A stretch of DNA of 48,900 nucleotides from Flavobacterium sp. GTDB taxonomy: Bacteria > Bacteroidota > Bacteroidia > Flavobacteriales > Flavobacteriaceae. The position numbers and the translations under genes were made by a program. Shown here piece by piece: positions 36,983-45,181 of the stretch. Location: positions 1 to 48,900 of the forward strand of contig NZ_JBILKB010000001.1 of assembly GCF_044376915.1 (NCBI RefSeq). The letters run 5' to 3'. Position 1 is the first letter of the stretch; each line of letters opens with the position of its first letter. The notes below the pieces were generated by a model. It was not told the origin of the DNA. It worked only from the letters and a program-made list of their open reading frames with translations, and ran no database searches.

Positions 36983-38902
36983 TTACTCTATTTTATACGC
37001 TCTTTTTTTGTATAAATTACTCGAAGCTACAATATGAGCCAAGGCATCTTTAGCTAATTCTTCATTTAAGGGTGCTGGAATTAATTCGGTGTCACTTTTT
37101 ACTTTAAACTGTAATGGTTTGGTATTCGGATTCATAATAATAACATCGTTTTCAACTCGAAACGCATAGGTTTCATGAAACAACATTATGCTTCGTCCTT
37201 TAGTTCCTTTGGGTAATTTTATCAAATTACGTCCGGGCATTGGTGATTTTGTTGTGATTCCTGATAAAGCCAAAACCGTAGAAGGAATATCCATTTGACT
37301 GGCCAATTGGTCATGGATTGTTCCTTTCTTTATGTTGGGCGCAATAATTAATGCTGGAATATGAAATTTGTTAATAGGTACCAAGCTTTTTCCATAAGTT
37401 CTTGTGTTGTGATCGGCAATTACTACAAAAATAGTGTTTTTAAAATAGGTCTCTTTTTTAGCCAACTCAAAGAATTTTCCGATAGAAAAATCGGCATATT
37501 TCATAGCATTATTTACGGTATTTTTTGGTTTTTCGTGCAATTTTATTCTGCCGTCAGGAAACTCAAAAGGTTCATGATTAGAGGTGGAAAACATCAGAGA
37601 AAAGAACGGCTTACTTCCTAATGATTTGAAATAATCATTGGCTTTTATTGCTAAATCTTCGTCACAATATCCCCAAGTTCCTTTCATAGCATATTTCTTT
37701 CCATCGGCGTCAAAATCGGTTTCATCAATAATATTTTTAAATCCGTTTCCATTGAAAAAGGAAGCCATATTATCAAAATTTGCCATGCCACCATATATAA
37801 AACTGGTGTCGTAATTTTGTTTTCCAAAAGCTTCGGCTAAAGTGAAAAAGCCTTGTTGTGAACCGCTTAATTTTACAACACTCTCAGAAGGATTAGGTAA
37901 AAAGCCAGAGGTAACCTGTTCAATACCCCGAACACTTCTGGTTCCTGTACAATATAGCTTCGTAAACAACAAGCCTTCTTTACTTAATTTATCAAATTCT
38001 GGTGTTAATGGTAAACCATTCAAGCAACCTACATATTCAGCACCTAGACTTTCTTGTAAAAAAACAACTACATTATACTTGGGTTGTAAAGTATCTGGAG
38101 TTACGGTATGTAAAAAAGGATTACCAATTGAAGTAAATTCAGAAATATCCATGTATTTTTTTACTCTTGAATATGCTTCCAACTCATCCATTTTTCCGTA
38201 CTTTTTTACATCACCTTCACTTTTTATAGAATAAGCGGCAAAAGCTACGGTATACAATGAATTTAATCCTAAGGAATTGGTCATTTGATCCGAACAAAAA
38301 ATCGCATTACTTGCATTTATTGGGCGTTTTGATGTTAAACTACCTCTGGCTCCAAAAAACAACAAGAAAGTAATTACAGGGAACCATATTATTTTAGTTT
38401 TGTAATTACCTGCCACGGGATAAAATAATTTTTTACCGTAATTAATGGCAAAATAAAGGGTGCTATTTATTAAAATAGCAGAAATAATTAAAGAAGGTAA
38501 ATAGCTTTTTAATAAGGTTCCTATTACTTCTTTAGGATAAATTAAATAATCTAAAAACAACCTGTTAGGACGTGTATCGTATTGCTTGATAAAATCAAGT
38601 GTTGCTAATTCCATCAAAAAAAACAAGAATAAAAAGAAAAGAAAATATAGGTTTATAAATTTTTTGATCTTTTGTAAAATGGTTTCGGGAAGTAATAAAA
38701 TTAGTAGTGTTGGAATAAATGCGGTATAACTTAATAGAATAATATCAAATCGCAAACCAATAACAAATAATTGGCTAAAATTTTCGTTTTCAACTACCCG
38801 TTCTTTAAAAATTAAAAACAAAAGTATTCTACTCAAGGTTGTTATGGTTAATCCAACACTAAAATAACTGATTATCGGTTTTAGAAAACGTAAATTCTTC
38901 AT
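36983..38902 (-). CDS. LTA synthase-like (LtaS/OpgB) alkaline-phosphatase-superfamily membrane enzyme
   Basis: About five N-terminal TM segments, then QESLG, TGTRSVRG, SNHEP, IADH and SQMDIP motifs. Confidence 0.87.
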   Translation of the reverse strand: MKNLRFLKPIISYFSVGLTITTLSRILLFLIFKERVVENENFSQLFVIGLRFDIILLSYTAFIPTLLILLLPETILQKIKKFINLYFLFFLFLFFLMELATLDFIKQYDTRPNRLFLDYLIYPKEVIGTLLKSYLPSLIISAILINSTLYFAINYGKKLFYPVAGNYKTKIIWFPVITFLLFFGARGSLTSKRPINASNAIFCSDQMTNSLGLNSLYTVAFAAYSIKSEGDVKKYGKMDELEAYSRVKKYMDISEFTSIGNPFLHTVTPDTLQPKYNVVVFLQESLGAEYVGCLNGLPLTPEFDKLSKEGLLFTKLYCTGTRSVRGIEQVTSGFLPNPSESVVKLSGSQQGFFTLAEAFGKQNYDTSFIYGGMANFDNMASFFNGNGFKNIIDETDFDADGKKYAMKGTWGYCDEDLAIKANDYFKSLGSKPFFSLMFSTSNHEPFEFPDGRIKLHEKPKNTVNNAMKYADFSIGKFFELAKKETYFKNTIFVVIADHNTRTYGKSLVPINKFHIPALIIAPNIKKGTIHDQLASQMDIPSTVLALSGITTKSPMPGRNLIKLPKGTKGRSIMLFHETYAFRVENDVIIMNPNTKPLQFKVKSDTELIPAPLNEELAKDALAHIVASSNLYKKRAYKIE

Positions 38903-39024
38903 AACTAATAGACTAAATTGTGTTGCAAAAGTAAACTTAAAAACGAATTATTTCTACTTAATAAATAGTTATTATTTTTGGAAAAGAGGAAATAAAATGT
39001 AAATTTGCAGTCCGTTCAAACAAT

Positions 39025-39095
39025 GGCGTCGTGGCCGAGCGGCTAGGCAGCGGTCTGCAAAACCGTCTACTCCGGTTCGAATCCGGACGATGCCT
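39025..39095 (+). tRNA. tRNA-Cys(GCA)
   Basis: Acceptor GGCGTCG/CGATGCC, anticodon arm GCGGT-CTGCAAA-ACCGT, T arm TCCGG-TTCGAAT-CCGGA, discriminator T; CCA not encoded. Promoter TAAATTTG at 39000-39007. Confidence 0.97.
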
Positions 39096-39096
39096 C

Positions 39097-39127
39097 AAAA
39101 CCTTCTAAGAAATTAGGAGGTTTTTTT
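39097..39127. terminator. Intrinsic terminator after tRNA-Cys (probably also for the convergent gene)
   Basis: AAAACCTTCTAA-GAAA-TTAGGAGGTTTTTTT. Confidence 0.85.
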
Positions 39128-39137
39128 ATTTTTTAAA

Positions 39138-39815
39138 TTAACGGGTTACTTCTATTTCGTGTACAACTTTTTCTTTAAAACCAGGAAATACGCCTTGTAA
39201 TAAAAAGAACACTCCAAAAATGATTAAAATAAAACTAATCACTCTTTTTATTTTGTAAATATTTACAGGTGTTAGACGGTGTTTTAGTTGTTTGGCTAAG
39301 ATAATTTTTACCACATCAATAGCTAGATAAAAAAATAAAGTTGCTACAAAAAAGGTGAAAACTCGGGATGGCACCATTTGTAGACGAGGACCTTGTGTGA
39401 TGATGACCATCATCCAAAAACCTAAAATACCAATATTGATTACATTTAAGAAAAAGCCTTTAAAAAACAACCCTAAATAATTATTGTTGGGAATATCATC
39501 TATATCCTTATCTTCTTCAATATCGAATTTTTTCTTCAGTTGAATGTAGGATATCACACCATACACCGACATGATTGATCCACCAATAATATATAAATTA
39601 GGATTATCTTTAAATTGTGCTAAAATTTGATTGGAAGCAAAATAAGCAATTAAAATAAAAATGATATCACTAAATATAATACCACAATCTAAGGTAAATG
39701 CAGCTTTAAATCCTTTAGTTATACTGGTTTCTAATAATACAAAAAAACCAGGACCAATGGAAATAGCAAGTAAAAAACCCCAAGGAATAGCCGCTAAAAT
39801 ATCTTGTATAATCAA
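39138..39815 (-). CDS. LysE family translocator
   Basis: IGPGFF, G...D and GFFLN LysE motifs; about six TM segments; start codon uncertain (TTG). Confidence 0.85.
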   Translation of the reverse strand: MIIQDILAAIPWGFLLAISIGPGFFVLLETSITKGFKAAFTLDCGIIFSDIIFILIAYFASNQILAQFKDNPNLYIIGGSIMSVYGVISYIQLKKKFDIEEDKDIDDIPNNNYLGLFFKGFFLNVINIGILGFWMMVIITQGPRLQMVPSRVFTFFVATLFFYLAIDVVKIILAKQLKHRLTPVNIYKIKRVISFILIIFGVFFLLQGVFPGFKEKVVHEIEVTR

Positions 39816-39907
39816 GTGTTTAATATTCAGTTATTAGTATTTAGGATGTTCAATAATATACGAATTTACAAAAAAACTCCCAACTAAAAATTGAACACTT
39901 ATTTCTA

Positions 39908-40576
39908 TTATTTTACTTGTTTTATTGTTCCTCCAACAACACTTTGTTCAATTACTTTTTTTGGATTTCCATAAATAGTAATTTCTCCTCCAGCTCTTGT
40001 TTTTGCATTTACTATATCAGTCGCGTTTACTTCAGCTATTCCACCAGCATTTACAGTAACTGCTGTTTGTTGGGTTTTACAATCTTGACCGTCATATTTT
40101 CCGGCTGAATTTGATAAAACATCTTGATTTTTAACGGTACCAATAATCGTCACAATACTTCCTTGTGAAACACGAATTTGTAAACGATCAGCTTGAAGAT
40201 TAGTGAGTTTAATATCAGATCCTTCTTTACAAATCACATCAAAATTTAAAACAGAAATTGTATCTTTTGAAGTAATTCTACTTCCTTCATTTGCTTCAAC
40301 AGCTTCAATTTTTTTATAATAAACGGTAGCAGAAACCGAATAACCCGACAACATTTTTGTTAAAGGCATTCTTATTTTTAATTCCCCGTTTTTATTAACT
40401 AATTCTACTTCATTTGAATGAGCACCTGTTAATACCACTTTATTTTCTGAAGCAGCAATTAGATTGACATCTATTTTATCAAAAGCGGTTACTTTTGTAA
40501 AATCACCTACGTTTTTTTCGGTTTGTGCATACGTTAATGAACTCATTAACAATAAACTATAAATTATTTTTTTCAT
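39908..40576 (-). CDS. GIN-domain / DUF2807 beta-helix protein
   Basis: Signal peptide; repeated GS-x-I turns; ends ITIYGNP. Confidence 0.8.
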   Translation of the reverse strand: MKKIIYSLLLMSSLTYAQTEKNVGDFTKVTAFDKIDVNLIAASENKVVLTGAHSNEVELVNKNGELKIRMPLTKMLSGYSVSATVYYKKIEAVEANEGSRITSKDTISVLNFDVICKEGSDIKLTNLQADRLQIRVSQGSIVTIIGTVKNQDVLSNSAGKYDGQDCKTQQTAVTVNAGGIAEVNATDIVNAKTRAGGEITIYGNPKKVIEQSVVGGTIKQVK

Positions 40577-40617
40577 ATTTATTAATTAACTATAAGTTAT
40601 TTATTTTTTTTAAAATA

Positions 40618-42795
40618 TTACTCTCTTTTCTTTACGTAATGAAAATCCAATTGTTTTTTTACTAAATCAGCGTTTTTTACTGTAACGTAAACTTCATCAC
40701 CTAATTGTAAAATATTTTTAGAAACTTCACCTACTAAAGCATATTGTTTGTCGTCAAAGGTATAATAATCATCTCTAATTTCACGAATTCTACACATACC
40801 TTCACATTTATTTTCTATTATTTCTACATAAATTCCCCATTCAGTTACCCCTGAAATAACCCCTAAAAACTCCTGATCTTTATGATCTTGCATGTATTTT
40901 ACTTGCATGTATTTTACAGAATCTCTTTCAGCTTGAGCTGCTAATGCTTCCATTTGAGATGAATGCTCACATTTTACTTCATAATCCTCTTCATTTGCAC
41001 TTTTTCCACCATCGATGTAGTGTTGTAACAAACGGTGTGCCATAACATCTGGATAACGACGAATTGGCGAAGTAAAATGACTGTAATAATCAAATGCTAA
41101 TCCATAATGACCAATATTTTCAGTAGAATACGCTGCCTTACTCATACTTCTAATAGTAAGTGTATCGACTAAATTTTGTTCTTTTTTACCTTGGACTTCA
41201 GTAAGCAAGTTATTCAACGAACTCGAAATGTCTTTTTTAGAACGGAAATTAATTGAATATCCAAACTTAGCAATCACAGTTTGAAGATTTATTAATTTAT
41301 CTTCATTTGGTTCATCGTGAATTCTATAAATGAATGTTTTCTTTTGTTTTCCAATAAATTCCGCTACTTTTCTATTCGCTAACAACATGAATTCTTCAAT
41401 CAAATGATTTGCATCTTTACTTTGTTTAAAGTATACACCTACAGGTTCTGCTGCTTCATTTAAATTAAATTTTACTTCTACTTTATCAAATGAAATAGCT
41501 CCAGCTGCCATTCTTTTTCTACGCAGTATTTTAGCTAATTCATCCATTATTAAAGTAGCATCAACTATTGGTTTTGGAACGATATATTCACTTCCAGTTA
41601 ATGAAATTTCAGCTGGAATTACAGCTGACTTCGTCTCTATAATATTTTGTGCTTCTTCGTATGCAAAACGTTGATCGGAATAAATTACCGTTCGACCAAA
41701 CCACGAATCCACTACTTCTGCTTTATTGTCTAATTGAAAAACAGCTGAAAATGTATATTTTTCTTCATGTGGACGTAACGAACACGCAAAGTTGGATAAA
41801 ACTTCAGGTAACATAGGTACTACTCTGTCAACTAAATATACAGAAGTTGCTCTGTTATACGCTTCATCATCTAAAATTGTTCCTTCTTGTAAATAATGCG
41901 AAACATCGGCAATATGAACGCCTATTTCAAAATTTCCATTATCCAATTCTTGAAACGATAAGGCATCATCAAAATCTTTTGCATCTTTTGGATCGATGGT
42001 AAAAGTTAAAACATCACGCATATCGCGACGTTTTTTTATTTCTTCTTCTGTAATTGAAGTATCTATTTTACTAGCATACGCTTCTACTTCAATTGGAAAA
42101 TCATAGGGTAATCCATATTCGGCTAAAATGGCGTGAATTTCGGTATTGTGTTCACCTGGTTTTCCTAATACTTTTAGTACAGAACCGAAAGGAGAATCAG
42201 CTTTTTTAGGCCAATCTTCTAGATGTACTAAAACAACATCTCCATGTTCTGCTTCATTAATTTTATTTTTAGGAATAAAAATATCAGTGTACATTTTAGC
42301 GTTGGCAGTTGTAACAAAAGCAAAGTTTTTTTGAATATCAATTACCCCAACAAATTCTGTTTTCTTTCGTTCTAATATTTCTAATACTTCTGCTTCTGGT
42401 TTGCGAGAACTTCTTCTATTGTAAATATAAGCTTTCACTTTATCGCCATCTAAAGCATGGTTTAAATTAATAAACGGAACAAAAACATCATCTTCTAAAT
42501 CATCACAAACAAAATAACCGTTTTTTCGAGAAGTCATGTCTATAATTCCTTCGTAATATTCTGCTTTAGAAATTATTTGGTATTTTCCTATCTCGGTTTC
42601 ATGAATTTTATCTTGCGCTTTTAGTATTTTTAAATCCCTTATTATTTCATTTCTACTTTTGGTATCAGAAAGTTCTAATATGGCAGCAATTTGTTTGTAG
42701 TTATAGGATTTTGAAGGTTCTTTGGAGAGTATTTTATAAAGTTGTGCAGTAAAATCTTTTGGTTTATTTCCTATTTTTTTTGGTTTCTTACTCAT
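40618..42795 (-). CDS. rnr: Ribonuclease R
   Basis: TIDPKDAKDFDDA, HIADVS, IEEFMLLAN, HFTSPIRRYPD, C-terminal S1. Confidence 0.96.
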   Translation of the reverse strand: MSKKPKKIGNKPKDFTAQLYKILSKEPSKSYNYKQIAAILELSDTKSRNEIIRDLKILKAQDKIHETEIGKYQIISKAEYYEGIIDMTSRKNGYFVCDDLEDDVFVPFINLNHALDGDKVKAYIYNRRSSRKPEAEVLEILERKKTEFVGVIDIQKNFAFVTTANAKMYTDIFIPKNKINEAEHGDVVLVHLEDWPKKADSPFGSVLKVLGKPGEHNTEIHAILAEYGLPYDFPIEVEAYASKIDTSITEEEIKKRRDMRDVLTFTIDPKDAKDFDDALSFQELDNGNFEIGVHIADVSHYLQEGTILDDEAYNRATSVYLVDRVVPMLPEVLSNFACSLRPHEEKYTFSAVFQLDNKAEVVDSWFGRTVIYSDQRFAYEEAQNIIETKSAVIPAEISLTGSEYIVPKPIVDATLIMDELAKILRRKRMAAGAISFDKVEVKFNLNEAAEPVGVYFKQSKDANHLIEEFMLLANRKVAEFIGKQKKTFIYRIHDEPNEDKLINLQTVIAKFGYSINFRSKKDISSSLNNLLTEVQGKKEQNLVDTLTIRSMSKAAYSTENIGHYGLAFDYYSHFTSPIRRYPDVMAHRLLQHYIDGGKSANEEDYEVKCEHSSQMEALAAQAERDSVKYMQVKYMQDHKDQEFLGVISGVTEWGIYVEIIENKCEGMCRIREIRDDYYTFDDKQYALVGEVSKNILQLGDEVYVTVKNADLVKKQLDFHYVKKRE

Positions 42796-42831
42796 TGTAT
42801 CTTTTCTAATAATTGTTTAAAGTTACGAAGA

Positions 42832-42866
42832 AGAAATTAGAAATTAGAAATCATAAATCAGAATTA
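42832..42866. repeat. Degenerate heptamer tandem repeat (5 units)
   Basis: AGAAATT AGAAATT AGAAATC ATAAATC AGAATTA. Confidence 0.65.
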
Positions 42867-42889
42867 ACCAAAAAATAACAAATTTGAAT

Positions 42890-43410
42890 CTATTAAAGTT
42901 TTCAACATTTATTAAAAACAACAAAAATAATTTTTAATTAAATTTAAATTTATGATGATGATTATAGGGTGTTAATAGCTAGCATAAGTTTTTTTAAAGG
43001 AGGTGTGTTTTAAAGTTATAACTACTTATACAATTTAATTAACAGAAAGTAAAATAGCTAACAAGTTGAATTTTAAGTAAAAAAATAAAAAATAATTTAG
43101 ATTATCAACAACTGTTTATAATGTTATTTATTCTCTTTTTGTAAATAACTTTTACTTGTTATTTATGTTGATAAACTAGTAATTTCTATTGATAATTTAT
43201 CCATAAAAAACAACAACTAATCTTGTTTTTAAAATTTCTATTTTGGATTACAAATTATTTTAATACAACCTTAAAAAAGTTCTTATTTTCTATCCAAAGT
43301 TGTTAACAGTTGCTGTTAAATCAAGATTATCTGATTATCAACGAATTACAAAATATAATTAACAATCCCTATGATTTACTTAATTTTATTATATAATTCT
43401 TTGAAAACAA
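42890..43410. other. Probable chromosomal replication origin (oriC)
   Basis: Very AT-rich non-coding gap. DnaA-box-like 9-mers at 42899 (TTTTCAACA), 42970 (rc CTATTAACA), 43102 (TTATCAACA), 43113 (rc TTATAAACA), 43140 (rc TTATTTACA), 43166 (rc TTATCAACA), 43187 (rc TTATCAATA), 43197 (TTATCCATA), 43335 (TTATCAACG). Divergent flanking genes; parS cluster 15-17 kb away. Confidence 0.72.
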
Positions 43411-43504
43411 ACACTTTACTTATAAAAGTATCAAAAAACAAACAACCTACGTAAGAACTACTATTAACTTTAGTAATTTTGTAAAAACAAACAACACAAA
43501 CAGT

Positions 43505-43936
43505 ATGAAAATAGCTATTGGAAACGACCACGCTGGTCCAGATTATAAAAAAGCAATTGTTTACTATTTAGAAGAAAAAGGGCATACGGTTTATAACCAC
43601 GGAACAGACACTTTTGATAGTGTGGATTATCCCGATTTTGGTCACGCCGTAGCGTATGACGTAGAAAGTAAAAAAGCAGATTTTGGGATTGTTATTTGTG
43701 GTTCTGGAAATGGTATTGCTATGACGGTAAACAAACACCAAGATATCCGCGCGGCATTATGTTGGACAAAAGAAATCGCATCACTAGCACGCCAACATAA
43801 CGACGCAAATATTATAAGTATTCCAGCTCGATATACTTCCATCCAACAAGCAGTTGAAATGGTTGAGACTTTTTTAACCACTCTTTTTGAAGGCGGAAGA
43901 CACGCTAATCGTGTCCATAAAATCGCTTGTAAATAA
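43505..43936 (+). CDS. rpiB: Ribose 5-phosphate isomerase B
   Basis: GNDHAG, VDYPD, ICGSGNG, RQHNDAN, FEGGRH; promoter TAATTTTG at 43474-43481. Confidence 0.96.
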   Translation: MKIAIGNDHAGPDYKKAIVYYLEEKGHTVYNHGTDTFDSVDYPDFGHAVAYDVESKKADFGIVICGSGNGIAMTVNKHQDIRAALCWTKEIASLARQHNDANIISIPARYTSIQQAVEMVETFLTTLFEGGRHANRVHKIACK

Positions 43937-43944
43937 TTCAATTT

Positions 43945-44853
43945 ATGATCCACGATCCCATTCCTATAGAAAAACACGAAGTAAAAGCTAAAAATTTAGT
44001 CTATTCTATCTTATTGAATTTACTTATTACAATAGCACAAATTGTGGGTGGGATTCTTTCGGGTAGTTTGGCTTTAATCTCAGATGCTCTACATAATTTT
44101 TCAGATGTGCTTTCTTTGGTGTTTAGTTTAGTTGCCAACAAATTATCTAGAAGAAAAGCTTCCATTGATCAAACCTTCGGATTAAAACGAGCCGAATTAA
44201 TTGCGGCTTTTGTAAATGCAGCCACTTTAATTATTGTTGCTTTTATTTTAATATATGGTGCTATTGAACGTTTTATCCATCCCCACGATATCAAATCAGA
44301 TTTAGTAATTTGGTTGGCTACCCTTGGTATTGTAGTCAATGGTTTGTCGGTGATTTTATTAAAAAAAGATGCCGATCATAATTTAAATATGAAATCAGCC
44401 TATTTGCATTTACTTACTGATATGATGGCTTCTATAGCGGTTTTGGTAGGCGGATTGTTGATGAAGTTTTATGGCTGGTATTGGGTTGATAGCGTGATGA
44501 CGATTTTAATTGCTATTTACTTAATTGTTGTGGGTTTTGATTTGATCAGTAAGGCAACTAAAATGTTAATGCTGTTTACACCAGAACATATTGATATTAA
44601 AGAAATTGTTAGAGAAGTGCATAAAGTATCCGGTGCTGGAAAGTTACACCATATACACGTGTGGCATTTAAACGAAGAAGAAATTCACCTAGAAGCCCAT
44701 TTAGATTGCCCGGAAGATTTTTCTTTGACACAATTTGACGAGGTATTGCACCGTATAGAATTGGTCTTGTTCCAAAATTTTGGTATCAACCACATTACCA
44801 TTCAGCCCGAATTCAAAAAAGAAGATCCTAAAGATTTTATTGTTCAGGACTAA
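43945..44853 (+). CDS. Cation diffusion facilitator (CzcD/ZitB-like) transporter
   Basis: SLALISDALHNFSD, NMKSAYLHLLTD, HHIHVW, HITIQPE. Confidence 0.92.
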   Translation: MIHDPIPIEKHEVKAKNLVYSILLNLLITIAQIVGGILSGSLALISDALHNFSDVLSLVFSLVANKLSRRKASIDQTFGLKRAELIAAFVNAATLIIVAFILIYGAIERFIHPHDIKSDLVIWLATLGIVVNGLSVILLKKDADHNLNMKSAYLHLLTDMMASIAVLVGGLLMKFYGWYWVDSVMTILIAIYLIVVGFDLISKATKMLMLFTPEHIDIKEIVREVHKVSGAGKLHHIHVWHLNEEEIHLEAHLDCPEDFSLTQFDEVLHRIELVLFQNFGINHITIQPEFKKEDPKDFIVQD

Positions 44854-44855
44854 AA

Positions 44856-45128
44856 TTACTCCCACAATATTCTTAGAACAAAACGTAAAAGGACCAACTG
44901 AAGAACAGCGACCCCTGTAAATTTTAATATAAAAATTCGTTTGGCTATTTTGTGTCTAAAAATCACTATTCCTAAAATACCGCCTAAAAAACCACCAAAA
45001 AAAACAAGCAACAACAAGCGCATTTCTGAAATTCGTTGGCTGTTTTTTTTAGCCATTTGTTTGTCATAACCCCAAATAATTAGCGTGAATAAATTTATTA
45101 GCAATAAATACAACAATATTGGTTCCAT
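44856..45128 (-). CDS. DUF1294 small membrane protein
   Basis: GYDK..A, RISE, FRHK motifs; ATG at 45128; promoter TATCTTTG at 45146-45153 (minus). Confidence 0.85.
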   Translation of the reverse strand: MEPILLYLLLINLFTLIIWGYDKQMAKKNSQRISEMRLLLLVFFGGFLGGILGIVIFRHKIAKRIFILKFTGVAVLQLVLLRFVLRILWE

Positions 45129-45181
45129 AGACACATATTTTTATTCAAAGATAGTATTTTAGTAGCCAAATTAATTCCATC

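Noticed and set aside
39025-39140. tRNA-Cys as a possible integration site
   Set aside because: Terminator follows immediately; no integrase and no duplicated tRNA 3' end seen in the window.
36983-43500. Stretch that looks more AT-rich by eye
   Set aside because: Contains core genes (rnr, tRNA-Cys) and the probable origin; no mobility genes; GC not computed, so no island is claimed.
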